This document shows positions 30,267-40,262 of a stretch of 64,000 bases of DNA, piece by piece. The stretch lies in contig OZ244621.1 in the NCBI GenBank assembly GCA_965218425.1, positions 4,192,001-4,256,000 on the forward strand, given 5' to 3'. Made by a program: the position numbers and the translations under genes. This DNA is from an uncultured Candidatus Binatia bacterium (lineage in GTDB: Bacteria; Desulfobacterota; Binatia; UBA9968; CAXXLF01). How positions within the stretch are numbered: the first letter of the stretch is position 1; each line of letters begins with the position of its first letter. A model generated the notes under the pieces. It saw nothing but the letters and a program-made list of their open reading frames with translations, was not told the origin of the DNA and did not search any database.

Positions 30267-31394
30267 TCAGGTACCCTGGTCGGACCCGGCGCACTGATCA
30301 ACAGAGAGTCCATAGAAGCGCGCCGAGTTGGAGAAAAGGATCGCGTTCTTGTCCTCCCTCGTAAGCCCCGGGTACTCCAGGAGCTCCCCGAGTTCGGCCC
30401 GGCAGGTCTTCGCATCCACTTCGTGTGGATAGTCGGAGGAAAAAATAAAAGGCTTATTACCGACCAGACGGATTGCATCACCGATTGTCAACTCGTTCCC
30501 TTCGATTCCGATGAAGATTCTCCCCTCGTTGATGTGGCGAATAATGTAGTCCCCCATGGTCTCCCCGTCCCGAAGCTTCAAGAAGCGACCGCGCGGATCG
30601 AACTGCACGTGACTGGCCCAGGACTTGGTGAAGCGCTCCATACATGTTAGCAGCCAGGCGCAACCCGCTTCAAGAAAGCCGATACGCACCCCGGGGAATT
30701 TGTCGAAGATGCCGTTAAAGATGATGCCGGCGAAGTTAACCATTTGACCAAAGGGATGGCCCAACGCGTTCACCGGTGCGTAAGGACTCATGTCATCCAT
30801 CTGCATGCCTTCGTGTGAGCCGCCGTGAACGCCCAGCGCGCATCCGAGGCGCTGGGCCTCCTCATATATGGGCCAGAACTGCTCGGAGCCAAGGTGGGAC
30901 ATGTTTGCCCCTGTGGATGGAAGCATGGCCCCACACATCCCCAGCTCTTGCACGATCCGCCTTAGCTCGTCCACCGCCTTGTGGGGCTCCTGGTAGGGAA
31001 TAAGTCCCATGGCGCGAAAACGCTGGCTCTTGGACAAGTAGGTATCGCAGATCCAATCGTTGTACGCATGGGCGAGCTCGATGGCCCAGTCCCGACTCAC
31101 GATTTTTCCGAAGCTCAGGCCCGCGCTGGTGTAGAGCACTGTGGATTCGATGCCCACTTCATTGAGAAACACTTCCCAACCTTCACACCCCACATTGGCG
31201 AAGGCGCCTCGGGGAGTGAAGTGACGGTTTGCCGAGTGCAGGTGGTCCACAGGCGGAAAAGGGTTACGGCCCCTCATGTCAGAGAAGCTGCGACCGACAT
31301 ACTCCTGCGGCATATACTTCCAGATTGAGACGAGGTCCTCCATCACGTGACCATCGCCGTCGATGATCCTTTGGCTATTATGCGAACTCTTCAT
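30267..31394 (-). CDS. Amidohydrolase-2 family protein
   Basis: IDGDGH, AYNDW, LGVHGG, FLEAG, FSSDYPH, NSARFY. Confidence 0.92.
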   Translation of the reverse strand: MKSSHNSQRIIDGDGHVMEDLVSIWKYMPQEYVGRSFSDMRGRNPFPPVDHLHSANRHFTPRGAFANVGCEGWEVFLNEVGIESTVLYTSAGLSFGKIVSRDWAIELAHAYNDWICDTYLSKSQRFRAMGLIPYQEPHKAVDELRRIVQELGMCGAMLPSTGANMSHLGSEQFWPIYEEAQRLGCALGVHGGSHEGMQMDDMSPYAPVNALGHPFGQMVNFAGIIFNGIFDKFPGVRIGFLEAGCAWLLTCMERFTKSWASHVQFDPRGRFLKLRDGETMGDYIIRHINEGRIFIGIEGNELTIGDAIRLVGNKPFIFSSDYPHEVDAKTCRAELGELLEYPGLTREDKNAILFSNSARFYGLSVDQCAGSDQGT

Positions 31395-31443
31395 TGTTTA
31401 ATCCCTCCCCAAGCCATAGGCCATCTTTTAGGCAATCCCACCG

Positions 31444-32538
31444 TCAGCCATTTCCCGGTACCGGCAGCTCGATTCTCATGCCGCGGCCATGCTCTCTTGC
31501 TTTCCGGTAAACGTGCATCGCTAGGGCGAGGTCAGCGGCTGCTGTGCCGTTGTTGTTCGCGTGGTAGGTTACCTGTTCGTCGTTTGTGCGGCCGGGAAAA
31601 CTGCCGTTCAGGATTTCGCCAAGCTCGTGAATCTTCTCCCAGGTGATGATACGGGCTTGCAGTGGATCCCAAAGACCCGCCTGCTGATCTTGAATCACCG
31701 ACTCGCGGTTATTCGTGACGATGAAGTCCGCCCGGCGAACAGTTTCGTCATCATTCTCACGGCGACCAGCCCCGATCCACCCACCTTTGACCAGCGCTAC
31801 GTTCGAGCCAACCACAGTGGTGATGTGTTGACCGGGTTCGATCCAACTACCGTCGAACACCGCTACGTTGCTGTTGGTTGCGCACACCACGATGTCCACT
31901 CCACGCATGACCTCCCTTGGACTACTCACCGGACTCATCGGCGTCTCGATCAATGGACTCATCCGTTCGCAAAAGGCGCGCCGGTTTTCCGGATTGCGGC
32001 TGTAGACTTTCACGTGGGTGATGGGCCGGACGGCCTTCAATGCAAGCATCTTGTAAAAGGCCTGACCACCGGCGCCATAAAGCCCCACGGTTTTCGCATC
32101 CTGTCTCGCCATGTGACGAAAACCAACCCCGCTGGTTGCCCCCGTGCGCAATGCCATGACACTCGGGAATCCCGAGCGCTCATCAAATAGCTCCCCAATG
32201 ATAATGGCGAGAAGTTCACTCGTCTGCGAATCCCAAAGATTATAGACGGGATGTTCGCGGTACGGATAGGTCTGGTTACCGGTATCATGAGTCACCGATT
32301 CTCCACGGCTCAACGACCCGATGACGCCGAGACCGGGAATGCCTCCAGGGAAATTACTGACCCGAACGCCTTCGGGTGAGTGAACCCGTCTCCGCGGTGC
32401 ATTAACAAGTGGATAATCCTGTGCCTCGCGGTAGCCCTGCTCGATCAAGTCAATGGCGTCTTCTACGGTAATCAGCCCTCTGATGTCCTGTGGCCTTAAC
32501 AGTAGAATCGTTTTATCAGCTCGAACCGCCGTATTCAT
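31444..32538 (-). CDS. Ornithine cyclodeaminase/mu-crystallin family protein
   Basis: LRTGATSGVG, GAGGQA, DIVVCATNS, WIEPGQHI, ELGEIL, GTAAADLA. Confidence 0.9.
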   Translation of the reverse strand: MNTAVRADKTILLLRPQDIRGLITVEDAIDLIEQGYREAQDYPLVNAPRRRVHSPEGVRVSNFPGGIPGLGVIGSLSRGESVTHDTGNQTYPYREHPVYNLWDSQTSELLAIIIGELFDERSGFPSVMALRTGATSGVGFRHMARQDAKTVGLYGAGGQAFYKMLALKAVRPITHVKVYSRNPENRRAFCERMSPLIETPMSPVSSPREVMRGVDIVVCATNSNVAVFDGSWIEPGQHITTVVGSNVALVKGGWIGAGRRENDDETVRRADFIVTNNRESVIQDQQAGLWDPLQARIITWEKIHELGEILNGSFPGRTNDEQVTYHANNNGTAAADLALAMHVYRKAREHGRGMRIELPVPGNG

Positions 32539-32558
32539 GCGCCAGGCCTTTCTTTATT

Positions 32559-33503
32559 TTAGGAGAGCTTCTTCAACTCATCAACATAGTCTTTAAAACC
32601 GGCCTCAATGTCAAACTCCGGTGTCCAACCCAATACATCCTTGGCTTTCGCGATAACCATAGGCTGTCTGGCTGACCGGGGCGTTTGACCGGGAATCATC
32701 TCAACTTCAAGCTTGGGCAACAGCTTCTGGGCGATGGCCACCAGTTCGTCGAATTTCACTACGACACCTGTGCCGATGTTTAACGTCACGGGAGAGGAAA
32801 GATTAACAGTAGCCGCCTTATCTAAAGCACGACCGAGATCCTTGTAGTAAACATATTCGAAATCCCTGGCCTGTTCCTGTCGCACTTTGACAACGCCGCC
32901 ATTGATACCTGTGAGAAGAATATTTTGCAGCATCTCGCCCCCCCCTGAGCCACCCGCAAAATGCCCAACTCCATACACATTGGCAAGACGGAGGATGATG
33001 AGCTCGAAGCCGTACAGCCGCTGATAAGCCTCCACCATGAGTTCCTTGGCAACTTTCGAGTTACCGTATGGCTCTCCCGGACCGCGGGTAAAAGACTCGT
33101 CGATGGGAGCCGGTTCGCCCTTTCGGCGGTCATAGACGCCAAAGGTGCTGATATGCACCAGGCGCTTGACCCCTGTAAGACGCACCGCTTCCGCGACGTT
33201 GATGGTTCCCATAACGTTGATTTGCATGCCCGTGTAGATGGGCTGAGCGACCTTGCCGCCGATGAGCCCGGCGGTGTGAATGACCTTGTCAACTCTGTTT
33301 GCCTGAATCGTCTCGATCAAAGCGGGCAGGTCTCTGACGTCCCGCTGCACCACCGTGACGTTCGCCGATCCCAGTTTCTTTGCAAGAAAATCTTTCCGTG
33401 GCGCCACGTCATAGAAAACGATCTTCTCCCCCCGTTTGAGCGCCAGTTGCGCATAGGATGTCCCCACTAAACCCAACCCGGTGATGAGCGTTGCCATTTT
33501 CAC
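32559..33503 (-). CDS. NAD-dependent epimerase/dehydratase (extended SDR)
   Basis: ITGLGLVG, IHTAG, YGNSK, RLANVYG. Confidence 0.92.
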   Translation of the reverse strand: MKMATLITGLGLVGTSYAQLALKRGEKIVFYDVAPRKDFLAKKLGSANVTVVQRDVRDLPALIETIQANRVDKVIHTAGLIGGKVAQPIYTGMQINVMGTINVAEAVRLTGVKRLVHISTFGVYDRRKGEPAPIDESFTRGPGEPYGNSKVAKELMVEAYQRLYGFELIILRLANVYGVGHFAGGSGGGEMLQNILLTGINGGVVKVRQEQARDFEYVYYKDLGRALDKAATVNLSSPVTLNIGTGVVVKFDELVAIAQKLLPKLEVEMIPGQTPRSARQPMVIAKAKDVLGWTPEFDIEAGFKDYVDELKKLS

Positions 33504-33803
33504 TCCTTTCTATTAGTCCCTTGGAAATCATTAAGAACCCGCTATTGAGGAGCGGCCATCAGGAATCGATTCAATCCTGGCACAGCCACCAGCCGCGAAC
33601 CTTTGGATGTCTTCACCTTATTTCTGAGGGGAACAATATCCGATCAGGGCCTATAAATTCAATTCTTTTCCCTTGCTGCAAGCTACGCTTGACACCCCAT
33701 TTACATGTGATATGGCTGCTTTCCAACGACGCTTTTCATCGTTGGTTTCATGGTGAGCCTGCCCAGGCTTGTTCATTGATGATCGTAAAGGAGGTTAGTC
33801 ACC

Positions 33804-35019
33804 ATGCTCGAAAGAAAAGGATTAGATAAGGCAACGCAACTTAGAGGGCGGCTGACACCCTTGGACCTGTTGACCTTTTTGTTAGCAGGCTTGTCGTTAC
33901 TGGCATTACCAGGTTTGTCTGGAGGCGCATCATGGGACGAGACCGTCGCAGCGGCCAAGAAGGATAACAAGCTAATCGTCGTGTTGGGTGGCGGCGCATC
34001 GCGGAAATACCGGCCAGTCTTCCAGCACTTTGAAGACAAGTTTGGAATACAAACCGTGGTCTCCACAGGAAGTGGGCGCAAACAAGCGGACCGGCTTCTG
34101 GCAGAGCGCGGAGCCCGGAGATACAAGGTGGACCTCATCATGACCGGGGGCACCACTGGGAACACGAGGCTCTTACCCAACGGCGTCATCGACCCCATCA
34201 CTCCCGAGTTGTTCCTCCCGGAGGTCGTGGATAAATCCCTATGGTACAAAGGCAGGCACTACTACAGCGACCCCAAGGAGAATTACATCTTCGCCTTCTC
34301 GGCCACCGCCGACTTGACACCTATCGCTATGCGCTTCAACACGGACAGATTGCCCATCAAAAAGGCCAAGCGGATCGACTCCGTATGGACGTTTCTGGAC
34401 AGGAAGCGTTTTGGCGGGCGGATCGTCGCCCTGCCGCCGACCATCGCAGGTGCCGGTGGGACTTACCTTCACCGCTCAGGTCCATCCGGACCTTGGGGTG
34501 GAGTTTTTACGGCGTTTCTTTGACCCAGAGCTAAAAGTCGATTTTATCCAAAGTTACCGCCAGGTGGCCGACGGCGTTGCCAGAGGTAAATATACCATGG
34601 GCTTTTTTATCGGTTCTGGCGGTCAAGACATTGACAGACTGGGCGATCTAGGGCTGCCGGTGGCCAACTTCGGGGAGATTATAGAAGGGCCACTGAAGGA
34701 GCGACCCACTCTCCAGGGCACCGCGTCGTCCAACAACATCATGGTGGTCAATAGGCGGCCACATCCGAACGCGGCGAGGCTCTTCGTCAACTGGTTCCTC
34801 TCGAGAGAGGGACAGACCATCATGCATACCAAGAGCGGACGGTCGCCTGCCCCCACCTTTCGCGTGGACGTAAAGGAGCAGGGGAAAGTGCGCACGGCAG
34901 ACATGCGCAAGCCGGGAATTGATTATCTAACAATGGCCCATGACCCTGAAATCCAGACGAAGCGGCTTTCAATGCTGAAGCGGGCGGAAAAAATTTACCG
35001 GAAGATACGGGGTAAGTAA
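33804..35019 (+). pseudogene. ABC solute-binding protein, frameshifted
   Basis: ORFs 33804-34523 and 34411-35019 join (GAGGTY|FTAQVHPDLG) if one C at 34466-34467 is removed; RPHPNAARLFVNWFLSREGQ present. Confidence 0.85.
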
Positions 35020-35096
35020 CGGCGCAGTCTTCTTCGCCGCGCACACTATGAATCCAACGTAGATTGAAGACTTGCTCCCCTTCCAAACGCGCTGCG

Positions 35097-36056
35097 TCAC
35101 GCGAACCCAGGTACGACCTCGGTGGCGAAGCGCTCCATCATACCACGGTCGAAGGGTCGTGGTGTCATCAGGATGAAGTGGTTGATGCCCGCATCCGTCC
35201 ATCGGTCCAGCTGATCTTGCACCTCCGCGACGCTTCCCAGGAGCATGCTGTCGCGGGTCTGGGTCTGCGGGTCGTGGTAGCGCTTAGAGGGCCGGCGAGC
35301 AAGCAATGCCCCTCGGGCCACCGTCCGGTCCACCTCTTCCTCGCTGTCGCTGAGTTTGATCTGTAGTTGCACCGAACGGCGCATCCGGCCGAAGTCGCGG
35401 CCCATCTCTTCGCAGACGGCCTCCATCTTGGCCAGGTTCGCCTTCACTTCCTCCAGAGGTGCGATCTGGTTGTAGTCAGTGGCGTGCTTGGCCGCCACTC
35501 GCATGGTGCGCTCGCCAGTGCCGCCGACGATGATGGGGGGATGAGGCTGCTGGAGCGGTTTGGGCATCATCGGTGCGTCGTGAAGTGAGTAGTACTTGCC
35601 ACGGAAGTTGGCCGGCTCCTCGGTCCACAGTGCCCGGATGACGGAAAGCCCCTCGTCCAGCCTCTCCACTCGCTCCTGAAACGGTCGCCACTCGATACCG
35701 TGAACTTCGAACTCCTGCGGCATGTTGCCAGAACCGATCCCCAACTCCGCTCGGCCGCCCGAGGCATGGTCAATGGTATTGATCATTTTTGCGGTGATGA
35801 CCGGGTGACGAAAATTATTGTTCATCACCAGCATTCCCAGTCGCAGGCTTTTCGTATGACCTGACATGGCGGCAATCACCGTGAGTCCTTCGAGCCGTTC
35901 CGGCGACGGCCCCCTACCCCGGCGGATCTGCATGAGATGGTCCGAGGGGTAAAAACCGTGATAGCCCATCTCGTCGCAGGCCCTGCAGACCACAAGGAAG
36001 TCCTGCCAACCGAGACCAGAGCTCCCACCTATGCTGAACAACGCTCTTCCTGCCAT
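35097..36056 (-). CDS. LLM class flavin/F420-dependent oxidoreductase
   Basis: SDHL, FRHPVITAK, DHASGGRAELGIG, PKPLQQPHPPIIVGG. Confidence 0.92.
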   Translation of the reverse strand: MAGRALFSIGGSSGLGWQDFLVVCRACDEMGYHGFYPSDHLMQIRRGRGPSPERLEGLTVIAAMSGHTKSLRLGMLVMNNNFRHPVITAKMINTIDHASGGRAELGIGSGNMPQEFEVHGIEWRPFQERVERLDEGLSVIRALWTEEPANFRGKYYSLHDAPMMPKPLQQPHPPIIVGGTGERTMRVAAKHATDYNQIAPLEEVKANLAKMEAVCEEMGRDFGRMRRSVQLQIKLSDSEEEVDRTVARGALLARRPSKRYHDPQTQTRDSMLLGSVAEVQDQLDRWTDAGINHFILMTPRPFDRGMMERFATEVVPGFA

Positions 36057-36187
36057 GGCACCATCCGGGATGGAGAAGAGTTTTTGCGACCGTCAGACAA
36101 AGCGAACTGGCTCCGTACACCCGATTTTAAGTAGAGAGAAAGTCCTTGACAGTCTGTATGCTAGCCCACAATTAATGTCAACGACTA

Positions 36188-36216
36188 TTGACAGGTCAAA
36201 CGTCAAAGGATATAAG
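36188..36216 (+). promoter_or_regulatory. Putative sigma70 promoter
   Basis: TTGACA-17 bp-TATAAG upstream of tctC at 36255. Confidence 0.55.
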
Positions 36217-36254
36217 GCTGGCTGAGAAAAAATTTCACCCACGGGAGGTTCATA

Positions 36255-37259
36255 ATGCGAAACTACCCACGAAGCCTTTTAATGTCATCTTTCGCGTTCT
36301 TCTTCACGATGGCGTTTATGTCCACTGGTAAAGCGGTGCAAGGAAGTGATGTTGCCGATTTTTACAAAAACAATCGACTCAAGATCGTAGTCCAGTATGG
36401 ACCCGGAGGCGGTACGGACCTCCACGCCCGCTGGCTTGCGCGGAACTTACCCCGGCTTACCGGAGGCAAGGCAATCGTTCAGAACCAACCCGGCGCCGGC
36501 GGAATTATCGCTTACAACAAGCTCTACAAGTCAAAACCGGACGGCCTGACCATCATAACATCCCATACGAAGCTTGTGGCCTTCGATATCTTCAAGCGAA
36601 AAGGCGTTCGCTACAAGTTCCAGGAATTTCCTATCATTGGCCGGACCCAGACACCCGAAATCGTTTTTTTTGTTCGTAAAGACCTGCCCTCGGATCTGAA
36701 GGAGTTGCGGAAAATGAAACGGCTCCGGATTGGAGAGAGTTCACCTTTCTTCGGCGGGTTGTTGGCGGAGGCCCTGGGCCTTCCCAATGTCACCCTCGTG
36801 CCCGGTTATCAGGGAATCGCAGCGAGGATGGCGGCCATGCAACGAGGAGAGCTGGACGGCGCACCAGGTGGAGTAACAAGCGTCTTCAAGCATCGCAATG
36901 TAGCGAAACCCATCGCATCGGCCTTTCACGACAAGCGGATACCTCAGGTGCCTGACGTGGGAAAACTGGGTCGTGACCCGGGGAAAAGCTACACCACTGC
37001 ATTCGCGGGGCTCATGTGGACCATTATTACTACGCCTGGCGTCCCGAAGGAAAGGACTGAGTTTCTCGAGAACACCCTGCAGAAACTAACCCAAGACAAG
37101 CAAGCTCTGGCAGAAGCAAAAAAAATCAACCTCTCCATTAAGTGGGCAGGCTCCACCGAGCTGAGGAAGATGAGAAAAGTCTTCACGGATCTGAGTCCCA
37201 AAGAACGCGAAGAACTCAGACATATCACTGAGAAAAAGTACGTCGGTGCAATCAACTAG
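36255..37259 (+). CDS. tctC: Tripartite tricarboxylate transporter substrate-binding protein (Bug family)
   Basis: YGPGGGTD, NQPGAGG, KPDGLT, GYQG, GELD, PGVP. Confidence 0.9.
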   Translation: MRNYPRSLLMSSFAFFFTMAFMSTGKAVQGSDVADFYKNNRLKIVVQYGPGGGTDLHARWLARNLPRLTGGKAIVQNQPGAGGIIAYNKLYKSKPDGLTIITSHTKLVAFDIFKRKGVRYKFQEFPIIGRTQTPEIVFFVRKDLPSDLKELRKMKRLRIGESSPFFGGLLAEALGLPNVTLVPGYQGIAARMAAMQRGELDGAPGGVTSVFKHRNVAKPIASAFHDKRIPQVPDVGKLGRDPGKSYTTAFAGLMWTIITTPGVPKERTEFLENTLQKLTQDKQALAEAKKINLSIKWAGSTELRKMRKVFTDLSPKEREELRHITEKKYVGAIN

Positions 37260-37367
37260 GACATTGTGCAACGGGAGGCCCGCGTGCTGCATCCCCGGGT
37301 CCCCCCTGCATTTGACCATTATCAGAAGAGAAAACTTCCCCGATTACCAATGTAAGATTGCCAGCAT

Positions 37368-37877
37368 CTAGTCTGAAAACGGTAGGTAACCTTCCAGTAA
37401 ACCTCTGTGCCAGGGGACATTCATCAGGTGGTCGAATACTCCCAATATCAGCGCCAGCACCAGGCTCACGGCGAGCAAGGTAACGTACCAACTCGCCCGG
37501 CTGTAAAACTGCAAATAAACCGCCAAAAAAACGGGAATCGCCACCCTGAATCCAACCAGCAGGATCAGAGCAAATAGGCCCAGAGCGCTACCAAAAAAGC
37601 CACCCGCACGCCGGGCAACGTCCGCCGCAGCAACCGAGGTATCCACGGAAATGTCGAGGATTTCCTCGCGCGGAGAAGACGCAGCTGCAGGCTGCCACAG
37701 CAGTTTGAATGTATCTTTACCCAACTGCACCATTGCGACTATCAAAACGGGAACGCCGATAGTCATGGGAAACAACTTGGTTTCAAAGGGCCACCCAACG
37801 GCGGTAAAAACGCCCCATGCCAGGGTTGCTACCAGCAAAAAATCGAACAGAACATGGGAGGCTCGGGCTAGTGTCAT
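37368..37877 (-). CDS. tctB: Tripartite tricarboxylate transporter small membrane subunit
   Basis: Hydrophobic protein with LFP and FDHLMNVPW; its ATG overlaps the tctA stop (ATGA). Confidence 0.82.
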   Translation of the reverse strand: MTLARASHVLFDFLLVATLAWGVFTAVGWPFETKLFPMTIGVPVLIVAMVQLGKDTFKLLWQPAAASSPREEILDISVDTSVAAADVARRAGGFFGSALGLFALILLVGFRVAIPVFLAVYLQFYSRASWYVTLLAVSLVLALILGVFDHLMNVPWHRGLLEGYLPFSD

Positions 37878-39367
37878 GGATCGTCCTTCTGGCCCCCTGT
37901 GGTCTGGCTCATGTACTGCTTGATAGACGGATACACCAGAGTCAGAACGATGAGGATAAAGAGAACAATCACCGCAGGCCGCATCAGCCAGCTCCATCCA
38001 TAGGTAAGTATAGAAATGTAGAGGTACTTTTCCACTGTACCGCCCAGGACAAATCCGATGATCATCGGCGGGCGAGGCCAGCCAAAGCGCTTCATGGACC
38101 ATCCGAACAGCCCAAAGCAAAGCAAGACAACCATGTCGCCCACGTGACGCCGTGCCAGGAAGGCGCCCAGGAACATGATCACCAGGAGAATCGGTGCCAG
38201 CACCTGCCCACGGATCGTTGCGATACGGGCAAGCTGATTGGCCAAAAGAAAACAGAGTCCGGTTCCAACAATATTGGCTATGGCCAGGCTCCATCCAATG
38301 GTAAAGGTCACATCCAGATGCTTCGTGAGCATGTCTGGCCCGGGCTCGAGCCCCTGAATGGTCATGGCGCCGAGGAAAAGAGCCATGGTGGTGCTGCCAG
38401 GGATTCCAAAGGCGAGGGTTGGAATCAATCCACCGCCCTCCTTCGCATTGTTCGCGCTTTCGGGTGCGATCACTCCACGGACATCACCCTTGCCAAAATT
38501 TTCCGTATTCCTCTCCGTGTGCACAGCATGGCCGTAGGCAAACCAATCAACCACAAGACTCCCCAGTCCCGGTATGGTTCCAATCCACACCCCGAGAGCG
38601 CTGGAGCGCAAGACTAGCCACCAGTTGCGAAAAGCGTCCTGGAAACCTTCAAAGCGTCCTTTTAGTTTTTCAGTCGTGCCGCGGGCGATGCTGGTACCGC
38701 TAACCACCAGATCGGCCATCTCCGCCATGCCGAACAATCCTAACGCCACAGGCACCACATGCAATCCATCCCACAGATAGATCAGGTCGAAAGTCCACCG
38801 ATCCACGCCCGCCAGCGGATCCAAGCCCACCATGGCCAAAAGAAAACCCAAACCTCCCGCAACTATTCCCTTGAGGGGAGCAGAGCCGCTGAGACTAACC
38901 ACCAACGACACGCCCAACAGTGCCATCATGAAAAACTCGGGGGAACCGAATAGAAGAACCAGAGGGCCCAGGACAGGGATGGAAAGAGTCAACACTATCG
39001 CGCCAAATAAACCGCCTATGGCGGAGACCGTAAATGCCGCTCCCAGCGCTCGTCCGGCTTCTCCTTTCTTGGCCATGGCGTGGCCGTCGATAATCGTCGC
39101 CTGGGATCCCACTGTACCGGGAAGCGCGAATAGCACCGAAGGGATGGTATCCGAAGTGGTGGTGACCGCCAGCATTCCGATCATAAAGGCAAACGCCGAA
39201 AAGGCACTCATATCAAAGGTAAAAGGAAGCATAAGCGCCAGTCCCACCACGCCACCGATACCGGGGATTACCCCCAGGGAAAGGCCAAGCACAACTCCGG
39301 CCGTAAGCATAAAGAGATGCCAGGGGGAAAGGATGTTGATCAACGCCTGCACTAATGCTTCAAACAT
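37874..39367 (-). CDS. tctA: Tripartite tricarboxylate transporter large subunit
   Basis: GVIPGIGG, PGTVGSQATIIDG, GVIAPESANNA, AFGIPGS. Confidence 0.95.
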   Translation of the reverse strand: MFEALVQALINILSPWHLFMLTAGVVLGLSLGVIPGIGGVVGLALMLPFTFDMSAFSAFAFMIGMLAVTTTSDTIPSVLFALPGTVGSQATIIDGHAMAKKGEAGRALGAAFTVSAIGGLFGAIVLTLSIPVLGPLVLLFGSPEFFMMALLGVSLVVSLSGSAPLKGIVAGGLGFLLAMVGLDPLAGVDRWTFDLIYLWDGLHVVPVALGLFGMAEMADLVVSGTSIARGTTEKLKGRFEGFQDAFRNWWLVLRSSALGVWIGTIPGLGSLVVDWFAYGHAVHTERNTENFGKGDVRGVIAPESANNAKEGGGLIPTLAFGIPGSTTMALFLGAMTIQGLEPGPDMLTKHLDVTFTIGWSLAIANIVGTGLCFLLANQLARIATIRGQVLAPILLVIMFLGAFLARRHVGDMVVLLCFGLFGWSMKRFGWPRPPMIIGFVLGGTVEKYLYISILTYGWSWLMRPAVIVLFILIVLTLVYPSIKQYMSQTTGGQKDDP

Positions 39368-39643
39368 AGTATTCCATCAGAGGTCATATTGCCTTGCATA
39401 CGCATCGTCATCGGATTACATCGACATCTGGATTTGAAACTACGTTGTGGTCCGTGACAATCCGGTACCCGTACACTATTGCATTTTAACTTGTCAAGAC
39501 AGGGAAACAGGCCGGTGTGAAATTTGAGTCGCAACAAGGGCGTTGCATCGTGTGGCACGAACAGATATTTTCTTTTGGGTCGCTGGAAGTGGCAATCCGA
39601 TCACGAATTTTCCTTCTCTTTTTTCAGTAAGGAGGCAACAACC

Positions 39644-40159
39644 ATGTGGATTCCGTCAATTTTGAACAGGTGGAAGTCGATTGAGGATCGATCTGTAACG
39701 GCTAGAATACCTGAGACCCTCGAACTTTATAATGAGATTATTGAACGAAAGAAAAAATCACGCATTATGATTCACAGCAATGAATTAAACTGGAAAGTTG
39801 TCGAGGGCGGTGTTAAGCACGCGAACCTGCTGGACTTCCGGCTAGGGTTCCAGAACACATTGGCCAACCTTGCGATTTCCGAGGTAGCGCCGGGGAACCG
39901 GGCAAGCGACGGCCACAAGCACGGGGAGGCCTATATCTATTGGCTTGAAGGAAAGGGATACAGCATTGTGGGCGAGGAAAAACACAACTGGGGTCCTGGG
40001 GACGCCATGTACGTTCCTCCCGATACGTTCCACCAGCATTTTGTGACTTCCGACACGCCTGCGAAGTACTTGCGCATCATCCCCTCTCCCCTATTAATGA
40101 ACCTCTTGGCGGTAATGGCCTCTCTGGGACCCTATCTTAAGCCGGAGGCACAGAAATGA
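39644..40159 (+). CDS. Cupin domain protein
   Basis: GHKHGEA, GKGYS, PPDTFHQH; TAAGGAGG RBS. Confidence 0.85.
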   Translation: MWIPSILNRWKSIEDRSVTARIPETLELYNEIIERKKKSRIMIHSNELNWKVVEGGVKHANLLDFRLGFQNTLANLAISEVAPGNRASDGHKHGEAYIYWLEGKGYSIVGEEKHNWGPGDAMYVPPDTFHQHFVTSDTPAKYLRIIPSPLLMNLLAVMASLGPYLKPEAQK

Positions 40160-40262
40160 CAGGTCTCCGCGGGATTTAGCAGAGACAGATAGGAACGCTA
40201 CGGCTGACCTCAAAACTCATGGGGGGTCAGGTTGAAGCGACCCGGGTTTCACGGACAGTTAA

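Noticed and set aside
34461..34470. Programmed frameshift or phase variation in the SBP gene
   Set aside because: No slippery heptamer or homopolymer tract at the site
37878..38294. N-terminal extension of the 308-aa ORF containing tctB
   Set aside because: Overlaps tctA in another frame; the real start is the ATGA-coupled codon at 37877
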